Positions 17,514 to 26,236 of a DNA stretch of 37,441 nt are shown in pieces. The stretch is from an uncultured Gammaproteobacteria bacterium (GTDB lineage Bacteria > Patescibacteriota > Microgenomatia > UBA1406 > GWC2-37-13). How positions within the stretch are numbered: the stretch's first letter is position 1; the number at the start of each line of letters is the position of its first letter. Where the stretch lies: the NCBI GenBank assembly GCA_964619475.1, contig CAZUEQ010000002.1, forward strand, positions 1 through 37,441, given 5' to 3'. The position numbers and the translations under genes are program-made. Below the pieces are notes generated by a model. That model saw nothing but the letters and a program-made list of their open reading frames with translations, was not told the DNA's origin and ran no database searches.

Positions 17514-18627
17514 CGCAAAAAAAGTTGCCATAGTATATGACTGGATGGATAAGTGGGGAGGGGTGGAACGAGTTCTTCTTTATCTTCACGCCATGTTTCC
17601 GGATGCTGTATTTTTTACCTCTGCATATGACAGGAAGAAAGCTGTGTGGGCCAGTGGCTTAACGATCAAAACATCTTTTATGCAGCACATACCTGCCTGT
17701 CTCCGTTCCCGTCGCGCACTCATGATGCCGCTTTTCCCCCTTGCTTTTGAAACATTTGATTTTTCCGAGTTTGATCTTGTTATTTCTGTCACTTCTTCCT
17801 ATGCAAAGGGAATTGTTACCAAGCCGGGAACGACACATGTCTGTTATCTTCTTACTCCCATGAGATATGCATGGAGTCATAGCAAAGAGTATTTAGGGGT
17901 GCTTCCCCAATCCATTTCCCGATCACTAGCGAAAGGGCTGCAAAAATTTGACGTAGCCATCAGCAAAAGACCGGATGCGTATATTTCGTTGTCGAAAGTT
18001 GTTGCAAAAAGATGCAGGGATTATTACGGGATTGAATCTCCCGTTGTCTATCCTCCATTTGATGTTACCTATTGGAGGAATCAGGAAAAAATAATGCGAA
18101 AAGTAAATCTTCCCAAAGAATATTTTCTCTCTGTCGGAAGAATGGAAAAATATAAACGTGTCGATTTGGTGGTGAGAGTAGCCGCACAGATGCCAGAAAA
18201 ACAGTTTGTGTTTGTTGGAGTGGGAGAAGAAGAAAAATATCTGCATAAAACTGCGGGGAAAAACTGCCTTTTTATGGGGAGGATTAGTGACAATGAGCTG
18301 GCATACGTCTACTCTCATGCAAGTGCCCTTATAATGCCTCAAAATGAAGATTTTGGCTATGTTTCTCTTGAAGCCCAGTTTTTCGGGTGTCCCGTTATCG
18401 CATATGGCAGCGGAGGAGCATTGGAAACCGTTTTGGAAGGAAAAACAGGGATGTTTTTTGAGAAACAGACCGTTTCGAGTCTTTTAGCCACGCTTGCAAG
18501 ATTTGAGCAAATATCATACAATCTAAGTCACCAGGTAAGGCAGACAGGGCGCACACACGTAGAAATGTTTGATGGAAGTCGTTTCGAAAAAGACTTTTTT
18601 TATCAATTAGATCTTATAAAAGCATGA
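17497..18627 (+). CDS. GT-B glycosyltransferase (GT4 type)
   Basis: I chose the ATG at 17497 (MKNAHNAKKVAIVYDWMDKWGGVERVL). The protein contains IMPQNEDFGYVSLEAQFFGCPVIAYGSGGALETV. It overlaps the previous gene by 17 nt. Confidence 0.82.
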   Translation: MKNAHNAKKVAIVYDWMDKWGGVERVLLYLHAMFPDAVFFTSAYDRKKAVWASGLTIKTSFMQHIPACLRSRRALMMPLFPLAFETFDFSEFDLVISVTSSYAKGIVTKPGTTHVCYLLTPMRYAWSHSKEYLGVLPQSISRSLAKGLQKFDVAISKRPDAYISLSKVVAKRCRDYYGIESPVVYPPFDVTYWRNQEKIMRKVNLPKEYFLSVGRMEKYKRVDLVVRVAAQMPEKQFVFVGVGEEEKYLHKTAGKNCLFMGRISDNELAYVYSHASALIMPQNEDFGYVSLEAQFFGCPVIAYGSGGALETVLEGKTGMFFEKQTVSSLLATLARFEQISYNLSHQVRQTGRTHVEMFDGSRFEKDFFYQLDLIKA

Positions 18628-19709
18628 AAGCAGTTATTTTTGCAGGCGGAACAGGAACACGGTTATGGCCACTTTCCCGGAAGAAATCTCCCAAACAGTT
18701 TGAGCGCATCATCGGGGACAAATCAACCCTCCAACTTGCTGTTGAACGCTTACGGCCTGACTTCTCTTATGAGGAGATCTACATTTCAACCAACGCTGCC
18801 TACAAAGATATTATTCAAAAACAACTACCGGAAATTCCCGTCTCTAACTATTTTCTTGAACCGGAAAAGAAAGATGTCGGTCCCGCAATCGCACTTGTCA
18901 TGGGTATTCTACAACAGAAATTCCCGAACGAACCCGTCATTATTCTGTGGAGCGACCATTTAGTAAAGGAAGTGACATTATTTAGAAAGATTATTGCCCT
19001 TGCCGGAAGCCGCGTTAAAAAGAATCCGGATAGCATAGTATTTATCGCGCATAAACCACGATTTGCGAGCGAAAACTTAGGATATATCCATATCGGCAAA
19101 AGGCAGGAGGAAAAAGGAGTTGCGCCTTTTTACTCATTTGAAGGATTTAAATATCGTCCCGATGCAGAAACGGCAAAAGAATATTTTGCGTCTGGTGCAT
19201 ATGCGTGGAACTTAGGGTACTTTGTAACAACGCCGGGATTTATTTGGAGAGCGTTTGAACGTTTTGCTCCCAATATTTTTGCGAATACGAAAAAAATAAT
19301 TGCCCACTACGGAACCTCGGAATTTAATGAAGTCTTAAAGAAGGAATATGGAAAAGTGGAGAAAATCAACTTCGATAATGCGATTTTGGAAAATCTTGAC
19401 AAGGAGACGGCCTCCGTCATCGTTGAGGATATCGGGTGGAGTGATCTGGGCGCATGGGAGGCTTTAAAAGAAGCGCTTGAACAGTATCCAGATGAAAATA
19501 TAATAAGAGGAAAAGTGCACCTTGAAGGAGTCACCGATTCCCTCATCTACAATTATGAAGGAGAGAAGCTTATTGTTGGAATTGATCTAGATGAGCATAT
19601 TATTGTTAACACACGAGATGTGCTTCTTATTACAAAGAAAACGTCGGTTGGAAAGGTAAAGACCGTCGTTGAAAACTTTGAAGGTACGGAACACAAAGAA
19701 TTGATTTAA
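18624..19709 (+). CDS. Sugar-1-phosphate nucleotidyltransferase, mannose-1-phosphate guanylyltransferase-like
   Basis: 361 aa with N-terminal MKAVIFAGGTGTRLWPLSRKKSPKQF (the GxGTRLxPLS signature) and later EKP..A..Y-like AKEYFASGAYAWNLGYF, as in ManC/CpsB N-terminal domains. Confidence 0.8.
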   Translation: MKAVIFAGGTGTRLWPLSRKKSPKQFERIIGDKSTLQLAVERLRPDFSYEEIYISTNAAYKDIIQKQLPEIPVSNYFLEPEKKDVGPAIALVMGILQQKFPNEPVIILWSDHLVKEVTLFRKIIALAGSRVKKNPDSIVFIAHKPRFASENLGYIHIGKRQEEKGVAPFYSFEGFKYRPDAETAKEYFASGAYAWNLGYFVTTPGFIWRAFERFAPNIFANTKKIIAHYGTSEFNEVLKKEYGKVEKINFDNAILENLDKETASVIVEDIGWSDLGAWEALKEALEQYPDENIIRGKVHLEGVTDSLIYNYEGEKLIVGIDLDEHIIVNTRDVLLITKKTSVGKVKTVVENFEGTEHKELI

Positions 19710-19712
19710 TGT

Positions 19713-20375
19713 ATGAACACAATTATTCACGGAGAAATCTATAACAAATACTTAAAAAGACTCACGGACATCATATTGGCGTCTTTTTTATTACTTCTTT
19801 TTTTCCCCATTTGTTTTGTCGTTGCTATCGCAATTCTTATTGATTCTGACGGACCCATTTTTGCCGATGTACCGGAACGCGTAGGACAAAACGGAAAACT
19901 ATTTAAGATGTATAAGTTCCGTTCAATGATACGAAATGCACATGTATTACTGCATACCGATGCACGGTTTAAGGAGTTGTACCAGCAATATAAAAAAGAT
20001 AGCTACAAGCTAAAAGACGATCCCCGCGTTACCCGTGTGGGAAAATTTATCCGCAAGCATTCACTCGATGAGATCCCCCAATTTCTCAACGTGCTCCTTG
20101 GCGAGATGAGTATCGTGGGACCACGTGCATATTATCCTGACGAACTAGAAAATCAACAAAAAAAACATCCGGAAACGAAGCAATATGTCAAGGATGTGCT
20201 TTCCTTAAAGCCGGGAATTACCGGACTCTGGCAGGTTTCGGGCCGTTCTGAAGTGCATTTTGATAAGCGGATAGCACTTGATGCAAAATATGCCCACACT
20301 ATTTCCTTGTGTCAGGATTTCAAAATAATTTTTGTAACTCCGAGTGTTATGATTACAGGTAGGGGTGCAGTATAA
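19713..20375 (+). CDS. Polyprenyl-phosphate sugar phosphotransferase (bacterial sugar transferase family, WbaP/WcaJ C-terminal type)
   Basis: 220 aa with one N-terminal TM. Motifs: FKMYKFRSM, DEIPQFLNVLLGEMSIVGPRA, KPGITGLWQVSGRSE. Confidence 0.88.
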   Translation: MNTIIHGEIYNKYLKRLTDIILASFLLLLFFPICFVVAIAILIDSDGPIFADVPERVGQNGKLFKMYKFRSMIRNAHVLLHTDARFKELYQQYKKDSYKLKDDPRVTRVGKFIRKHSLDEIPQFLNVLLGEMSIVGPRAYYPDELENQQKKHPETKQYVKDVLSLKPGITGLWQVSGRSEVHFDKRIALDAKYAHTISLCQDFKIIFVTPSVMITGRGAV

Positions 20376-20417
20376 TAGATATACTGCAAAGTTAATTACC
20401 ATTTACAACTTTTTATT

Positions 20418-22241
20418 ATGAAAAAAAAGACAGGGTTTTTATTACTTGGTGTTCTACTTGTTCTTTTTATCGCTATTTACTTTTTGTTTTACATTCCCTA
20501 CACAAAAATAAAAGCAAAAGGAATGGCAGTTTTAGTATCTGCACAAGATTTGAAAGTCGCATTTTCAAGAAATGACATAGATCTTCTCACTGCAAAATTG
20601 AAGATAACTGATGAGAAATATAGTGAATTTGAGAAAGAAGCAAGTACGGTGTACTGGGCAAAGCCAATTCCTTACGTTGCGGACTTTAAGAATGGAGTTG
20701 AAGCGGGAAGATATGGAATTGAAGCGGGAAAAGTCGCGATCAAATCAATAGCTCCTTACGCTGATCTTATCGGATTTAAAAAAGGAGAGTCATCCTTCGT
20801 TGAAAAATCAGCAGAGGGAAGATTACAGACCGCCGTCCTTACTTTGGATAAAGTCCTTGTAAACATAGACGTTATTTCTGCAGACATTGGAGAAATTGAA
20901 AAACGACTTCAGGCAATTGACGAGAAAAGATATCCGGAATCATTAGGAGGCATGTCTATACGGAAAAATATTTTGTCCGTAAAAGACCAGTTTACAGGTG
21001 TTTCCCATTTGTTTGTGGATGCAAAGCCCCTTTTGAAACGATTTCCTGAAATTTTAGGATCAAAAAAAGAGCAGACATATCTTATCCTCTTTCAAAACGA
21101 TGCGGAGCGTCGTGCAACAGGTGGATTTCTGACCGCATATGCGGTGTTTACCATTAAAGATGGAAAAATGTCCATCCAGAAGTCAGAAGATATGTACACA
21201 CTCGATGCAAGCATTGCAAACCATCCGACTCCTCCACGGGAGATACGAGAATACTTTCCTACAGTTGGAATATTCAACATCCGCGATACGAACCTGTCTC
21301 CTGATTTCGTGAAATCTTTGGAAATCTTTAATAGCTTGTATAAAAAAAGTGGCTCGCGCGTACAGTACGACGGAATAGTTGCCATGGACACAAAGATACT
21401 TGTTGACATGTTGACAATATTTGGAGATGCAGAAGTAGACGGAATGACATTTAGCGCAAAAATCGATAGTCGATGCGATTGTGCACAGGTTATCTACCAG
21501 CTGCTTTCCACGATTGGAGAAGAGGTGGGATATCAGAAAGTAAACCGAAAAGGAATTCTTGGCGATTTGATGCTTGAGCTCTTTAATAGAGCACTGCGTT
21601 TTTCCCCATCTCGTTATTGGGGAACGCTTGCTCAAACGATGCTTAAAAATTTGGATCAAAAACACATCCTTCTCAACTTTGTCGATCCAGAAATCCAAAC
21701 ATCAATTGAAAAGCTCAATTATGGAGGAAGAATCCGCGAGACGACGACTGATTACCTTCATATCAATGATGTAAACTTTGGAGGTCAAAAGTCCAACCTT
21801 TTCGTAAAAGAGACAATGACGTCCAAAACCGAGAAAAAAGGATCTGACGTACAACGCGAAGTTACAGTTGAGTACCGCAATCCCTATCCAGCATCAAACT
21901 GCAACAGAAATCAGGAGCGCATCCTGTGTCTTAATGCAACGCTGCCGAATTGGGTCCGCATATATGTACCGAAGGGTTCAAAGCTTGTTTCTTTCGATGG
22001 ATCTGTTAAAAAGGTGCAGACCTATGACGACCTTGGAAAAACAGTATTTGAAGGATTCGTTCGTGTAAATCCAATGGGAATGGCGAAAATAAAAGTGGTG
22101 TACACGTTGCCAAGCGGAGTTAATGCGGATGAACTGTATGTGCAGAAACAACCGGGAGCAGATGGAGAAAAATACACGGTAACGATTAATGGACAGAAAA
22201 AATTTGACAAAGTACTGGAAACGGACACTCTTGTCAAATAA
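20418..22241 (+). CDS. DUF4012-like membrane-anchored extracytoplasmic protein
   Basis: 607 aa with an N-terminal TM (FLLLGVLLVLFIAIYFLFYI). The motif YLILFQNDAERRATGGFLTAYAVFTIKDG matches the conserved QNxAExRxTGGF core I associate with DUF4012. The gene is adjacent to glycan genes. Confidence 0.7.
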   Translation: MKKKTGFLLLGVLLVLFIAIYFLFYIPYTKIKAKGMAVLVSAQDLKVAFSRNDIDLLTAKLKITDEKYSEFEKEASTVYWAKPIPYVADFKNGVEAGRYGIEAGKVAIKSIAPYADLIGFKKGESSFVEKSAEGRLQTAVLTLDKVLVNIDVISADIGEIEKRLQAIDEKRYPESLGGMSIRKNILSVKDQFTGVSHLFVDAKPLLKRFPEILGSKKEQTYLILFQNDAERRATGGFLTAYAVFTIKDGKMSIQKSEDMYTLDASIANHPTPPREIREYFPTVGIFNIRDTNLSPDFVKSLEIFNSLYKKSGSRVQYDGIVAMDTKILVDMLTIFGDAEVDGMTFSAKIDSRCDCAQVIYQLLSTIGEEVGYQKVNRKGILGDLMLELFNRALRFSPSRYWGTLAQTMLKNLDQKHILLNFVDPEIQTSIEKLNYGGRIRETTTDYLHINDVNFGGQKSNLFVKETMTSKTEKKGSDVQREVTVEYRNPYPASNCNRNQERILCLNATLPNWVRIYVPKGSKLVSFDGSVKKVQTYDDLGKTVFEGFVRVNPMGMAKIKVVYTLPSGVNADELYVQKQPGADGEKYTVTINGQKKFDKVLETDTLVK

Positions 22242-22251
22242 CGATTAAGAT

Positions 22252-22785
22252 ATGTCATTTTCGAAAGCGCAGGAAACTGATGAAGCTTTTGTTTTGACAA
22301 AAAAAAGAATGCTGAGGCTTGACTCGTTGGTGGTTTTATTTACCAAACAGTCGGGGAAGGTGGCAGTTATCGCAAAAGGGATTCAGAAGATAACGAGCAG
22401 ACGGGTCTCAGCACTCCAGACGGGCAATCTTGTTTCCGTTTCCTACTTTAAACGAGGAGATGCGCCTACCTATCTTTCTGACGTTTCTCTCATTTCTCAT
22501 TTTAGTGAGCTTAAAAAAAGCCAGGAAAAAATCCAAAATATGTATTCCTTTTTTTATATTCTCAACACACTTCTTCCCGAGCATCAGAAGGAAGAAAGAA
22601 TTTATGAGCTTTGTAAAAAAACGATGATTCAATTGGGAAAAAATAGTGCACCTATTTTTTCGCTTACTCATACCATTTGTGATCTGTTCAATTTCCTTGG
22701 ATATGGAGAATTCCACACTTTGGATGAATGTAGGATAAAATATGAAGAAATTACAGGTAAACAAATACCGTATTCTATTATATAA
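22252..22785 (+). CDS. recO: DNA repair protein RecO, short form
   Basis: 177 aa with an N-terminal OB-fold pattern (EAFVLTKKRMLRLDSLVVLFTKQSGKVAVIAKGIQKITSRR...LQTGNLVSVSY). No four-Cys zinc motif is visible. Confidence 0.65.
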   Translation: MSFSKAQETDEAFVLTKKRMLRLDSLVVLFTKQSGKVAVIAKGIQKITSRRVSALQTGNLVSVSYFKRGDAPTYLSDVSLISHFSELKKSQEKIQNMYSFFYILNTLLPEHQKEERIYELCKKTMIQLGKNSAPIFSLTHTICDLFNFLGYGEFHTLDECRIKYEEITGKQIPYSII

Positions 22786-22794
22786 TCAGAAGAT

Positions 22795-24159
22795 ATGGAT
22801 GAGATAGTCGCGCTTGCAAAACGAAGAGGATTTGTATTCCCGTCATCGGAAATATATGGAGGACTTGCCAACAGCTGGGATTTCGGTCATTATGGCACAC
22901 TTCTCAAAAACAATATCCGTGATTTGTGGTGGAAAAAATTCGTACTCGACAGAAAAAACATGGTGGGGATTGATGCGAGCGTTATGTTAAGCTCAAAAAT
23001 ATGGGAGGCATCAGGCCATGTCTCTGGGTTTACCGATGCGCTTGTTGATTGTAAATCATGTCACTTTCGAACGCGCGCGGATCACCTTATCGAAGATGCG
23101 GTGAAAGATATAAAGGTAGAGGGACTTTCAACTCAGGAACTAACAGACCTCATAAAAAAGAATGCAATAAAATGTCCCAAATGTGGAAAACGTGATTTTA
23201 CTGATGTTCGCAAATTCAATCTTCTTTTTGAAACGAAAATGGGGATAATAGAAGGCGAAAAATCTACCGTATATTTGCGAGGAGAGATAGCTCAGGGGAT
23301 TTTTATCAACTTCAAAAACATCCTTAACTCAATGAGAGTCTCACTCCCTTTTGGTATTGCTCAGCAAGGAAAGGCATTCCGGAATGAGATAACCATGGGT
23401 CAGTTCGTACACCGAACAATGGAATTTGATTTAATGGAGTTTGAATATTTTATTCGAAAAGAAGAATGGGAAAAAACATTTGAATATTGGAAAAACGAGA
23501 TGTGGCAGTTCGCAAAGAATATTGGACTTCGTGAAGATAAGTTGAGGTGGAGAGAGCATGAAGAGTTTGAACGCTCTTTTTATTCCAAAAAAACAATGGA
23601 CATAGAATACAATTATCCGTTCGGGTGGAAAGAAATGTTCGGTCTTGCCTACCGAACTGATTTTGATTTATCAAATCACATGAAGCATTCGGGAAAAGAT
23701 TTGCAGTATGTCGATCCGAAAACAAAAGAGACATTCATTCCCCACGTTATAGAACCGACATTCGGATTATCCCGTCTTACGGGTATTGTTCTGGTTGATG
23801 CATTTACCAAAGAAACGGTGAATGGCAAAGACAGATTCGTCCTTAAACTGAATCCTAAGATTGCTCCCATAAAAGCTGCAATATTTCCGTTGCAAAAAGA
23901 CGAGAAACTAGTTGCAATCGCCGATTCGTTGTATGGCGAACTAAAGGAAAAATTTGTCGTTGAGTATGACAATGCCGGTAACATAGGAAAAATGTATAGA
24001 CGTCAGGATGAAATTGGAACGCCCTACTGTATTACAATCGACTATCAAACGGCAGAAGACAAAACGGTAACGATTAGGGACCGCGATACGATGAAACAGG
24101 AACGTATTCCACTTTCCTCTGTTGCAGAAGTTATCAACATGCATATTATTAATTCTTAA
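22795..24159 (+). CDS. glyQS: Glycine--tRNA ligase (dimeric class II GlyQS type)
   Basis: 454 aa: IVALAKRRGFVFPSSEIYGGLANSWDFGHYGTLLKNNI...AFRNEIT...FEYF...HVIEPTFGLSRL. The C-terminus is an anticodon-binding domain. Confidence 0.94.
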   Translation: MDEIVALAKRRGFVFPSSEIYGGLANSWDFGHYGTLLKNNIRDLWWKKFVLDRKNMVGIDASVMLSSKIWEASGHVSGFTDALVDCKSCHFRTRADHLIEDAVKDIKVEGLSTQELTDLIKKNAIKCPKCGKRDFTDVRKFNLLFETKMGIIEGEKSTVYLRGEIAQGIFINFKNILNSMRVSLPFGIAQQGKAFRNEITMGQFVHRTMEFDLMEFEYFIRKEEWEKTFEYWKNEMWQFAKNIGLREDKLRWREHEEFERSFYSKKTMDIEYNYPFGWKEMFGLAYRTDFDLSNHMKHSGKDLQYVDPKTKETFIPHVIEPTFGLSRLTGIVLVDAFTKETVNGKDRFVLKLNPKIAPIKAAIFPLQKDEKLVAIADSLYGELKEKFVVEYDNAGNIGKMYRRQDEIGTPYCITIDYQTAEDKTVTIRDRDTMKQERIPLSSVAEVINMHIINS

Positions 24160-24167
24160 TATTTTGT

Positions 24168-24620
24168 ATGAATAAAAAAATTATCATAGGAGTCGTAGCT
24201 CTTATTTTGGTAATCGTTGTCGGAGTGGTTGCCGTCTCGACGTTCGGAAAAAAACAGGCACCCAAGGAGGTGGTACAACAAACAGAACAGGATGTCATTC
24301 CGACTGTTGATGCTTCAACAAAGGTTGAGCTGAAACAGATTGAGGGAAAAAAAGAAATAGAGCTTGTGGTAAGTGGTATTCCAAAAACAACATCTGCCAT
24401 CGATTACGAATTATCTTATGAGACAAAACAACAAGGAACTCAGGGGGTTATTGGAACCATTTCAACAATTACTGGAGATGAATTCATAAAACAGATAACA
24501 CTTGGAACATGTTCTTCAGGGAGATGTGTGTACCATGAAGTAGTAGGTGCGATCCACATTACATTAAAATTTACCGGCGACTACGGACAGAAAGTCCTTG
24601 AAAAAGAAATATCTTTGTAA
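24168..24620 (+). CDS. Hypothetical membrane-anchored protein
   Basis: 150 aa with an N-terminal TM (IIIGVVALILVIVVGVVAV) followed by a beta-rich domain containing CSSGRC. I recognise no family. Confidence 0.55.
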   Translation: MNKKIIIGVVALILVIVVGVVAVSTFGKKQAPKEVVQQTEQDVIPTVDASTKVELKQIEGKKEIELVVSGIPKTTSAIDYELSYETKQQGTQGVIGTISTITGDEFIKQITLGTCSSGRCVYHEVVGAIHITLKFTGDYGQKVLEKEISL

Positions 24621-24632
24621 TGAGGTGACTTC

Positions 24633-24662
24633 TTAGGCTATACTGTTATTAATAGCTATAAA
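24633..24662 (+). promoter_or_regulatory. Candidate sigma70-type promoter upstream of rpsT (TTAGGC, 18 nt, TATAAA)
   Basis: This lies in one of only two intergenic gaps of 60 nt or more in the window. The hexamers were read by eye, and such matches are common in AT-rich sequence, so support is weak. Confidence 0.2.
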
Positions 24663-24666
24663 ATAA

Positions 24667-24676
24667 AAGGGGGTGA
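24667..24676 (+). promoter_or_regulatory. Shine-Dalgarno site for rpsT
   Basis: AAGGGGGTGA matches AAGGAGGTGA at 9 of 10 positions and lies 9 nt upstream of the ATG at 24686. Confidence 0.6.
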
Positions 24677-24685
24677 ACTAATATT

Positions 24686-24940
24686 ATGCCAAATATTCAA
24701 TCAGCAAAAAAGAAAATGAGAAAAGACGTGAAGCGCACAAAAAACAACGCACTTTACATGACAGCAATAGAAAAAGCAATCAAATTGCTCACAAAAATAA
24801 CGGGAACAGAAAAGGACAAAAAACAGGTGAGTAAAGCAGTATCCCTTATTGACAGAGCAGCAAAAAAAAGAGCCATACACAAGAATAAAGCTTCTCGCTT
24901 AAAATCACGTGTTATGAAATTGGGTGCTAAAAAGAAATGA
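24686..24940 (+). CDS. rpsT: 30S ribosomal protein bS20
   Basis: 84 aa: MPNIQSAKKKMRKDVKRTKNN...IDRAAKKRAIHKNKASRLKSR. Confidence 0.92.
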   Translation: MPNIQSAKKKMRKDVKRTKNNALYMTAIEKAIKLLTKITGTEKDKKQVSKAVSLIDRAAKKRAIHKNKASRLKSRVMKLGAKKK

Positions 24941-25476
24941 AATATCAAATAAATCTTCTTCCTAAAAAGGAATTAGATTTTGTCGATAAAATTATTTACT
25001 TTGCACTGCATTATTTGCGGTATGTTCTTGTATTGACTCAAATCGTCGTTATTTCGGTCTTTTTTTATCGGTTTAAAATTGATCAGGAAATTATCGATTT
25101 GAAGGACGAACTTCAGCAAAAACAGGAGATTGTTGCGGTTTCGCAACCGCTCCTTGATGATGCAAAAATTGTTGATACAAAAACAAAGCAAATACGAGAG
25201 ATATTGCTGAGTCAGGTACAGTTCAAGGAGGCCCTTTCTTACTTTTTAAGTACGTTTCCCGTTGATCTCACTATCAACAGGCTAGAAATACAGGGAGGGC
25301 AATTTAAATTTGACGCCTCAACCACGTCTCCCAACATCATCCGATCATATCTTGAGCGCATGCGGAAAGAGAAACGTTTCAAAACGGTTGTCTTGAATAG
25401 TATTCAACGAAATGGATTGGAGTTTGTCGCGCCGTTTGTTTTATCCGATTTTCAATTGGCAGTAAGTAAAAAATGA
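24937..25476 (+). CDS. pilN: PilN-like type IV pilus assembly protein
   Basis: 179 aa. It has the N-terminal INLLP motif (residues 5-9, nt 24949-24963) that is typical of PilN, then one TM (YVLVLTQIVVISVFFY), a coiled-coil and a C-terminal alpha/beta domain. Its ATG overlaps the rpsT stop. Confidence 0.6.
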   Translation: MKYQINLLPKKELDFVDKIIYFALHYLRYVLVLTQIVVISVFFYRFKIDQEIIDLKDELQQKQEIVAVSQPLLDDAKIVDTKTKQIREILLSQVQFKEALSYFLSTFPVDLTINRLEIQGGQFKFDASTTSPNIIRSYLERMRKEKRFKTVVLNSIQRNGLEFVAPFVLSDFQLAVSKK

Positions 25477-26051
25477 ACAAAGCATCATTAAAAGAAAAAA
25501 TACAGGCAAAGAAAGTAACTGACTACAGTTACATGATTTTGCTTTTTATTTCTTTTGCCTTTTTTACCTTTTTCGTCATACGACCAAATGTGCTTACTAT
25601 TTTTTCGCTCCAGGAGGAACTGGGCAAGTTGCACATATTGGATACAGGGTATGAAAACGTCATAAAAAAAATTGTTGATATCCAATCTTTCTTGGAAGAG
25701 AACAGAACAGATCTTTATCTTCTTGATGAGGCTCTTCCTAGTTTGCCCCAGATTAATAAAATAGTCGATGATACGCAAATTTCCGCATCAGCTTCAGGAG
25801 TAAAGATTAATTCGATGGCAATAAGTAATGTCGATTTAAAAGACAAAACCGTCGAGTTTACACGGAAGAAAATAAGTATTAATATGGATGGAGGAGCCAA
25901 TTTCCTTAATTCGAGGGACTTTATTAATGAAATGGTTGACGGAAGACGACTTAAAATAATCAAGCAATTGAACTTTAGTCAGGACATGCAAAGCGGTACG
26001 CAAAGCGGAGCCTTAAAGCTTATTATGGAAATTGAAGGGTACTATCTATGA
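25473..26051 (+). CDS. pilO: PilO-like type IV pilus assembly protein
   Basis: 192 aa with one TM (MILLFISFAFFTFFVI) and a coiled-coil. The segment LLDEALPSLPQINKIVDDTQISASASGVKINSMAI resembles the PilO core. It overlaps pilN by 4 nt. Confidence 0.5.
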   Translation: MNKASLKEKIQAKKVTDYSYMILLFISFAFFTFFVIRPNVLTIFSLQEELGKLHILDTGYENVIKKIVDIQSFLEENRTDLYLLDEALPSLPQINKIVDDTQISASASGVKINSMAISNVDLKDKTVEFTRKKISINMDGGANFLNSRDFINEMVDGRRLKIIKQLNFSQDMQSGTQSGALKLIMEIEGYYL

Positions 26052-26233
26052 AAGGCAAAGAATTGCTTGTTTTGTCAGTGGGAGTTTTTTTGACTATTCT
26101 TGCATGGATGGTTATCGATATTTTCCACATACAGACGAAAATTAACGAGCAAATTAATATTAGACCTGTTCAAGTGCCCAATTATCAAATGGATAAGACA
26201 ATCATTGGCATATTGAAGGAGAAAATGCAGTAA
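26048..26233 (+). CDS. Small single-pass membrane protein
   Basis: 61 aa with the TM LLVLSVGVFLTILAWMVIDIF. It overlaps the pilO-like gene by 4 nt. No family recognised. Confidence 0.5.
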   Translation: MKGKELLVLSVGVFLTILAWMVIDIFHIQTKINEQINIRPVQVPNYQMDKTIIGILKEKMQ

Positions 26234-26236
26234 ATT

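Noticed and set aside
24621-24685. Possible small RNA or tRNA in the 65-nt gap before rpsT, and likewise in the 60-nt gap at 9159-9218
   Set aside because: Both gaps are too short for a tRNA, and I could not fold a cloverleaf or an extended stem by eye. They are better explained as a promoter/SD region and a spacer.
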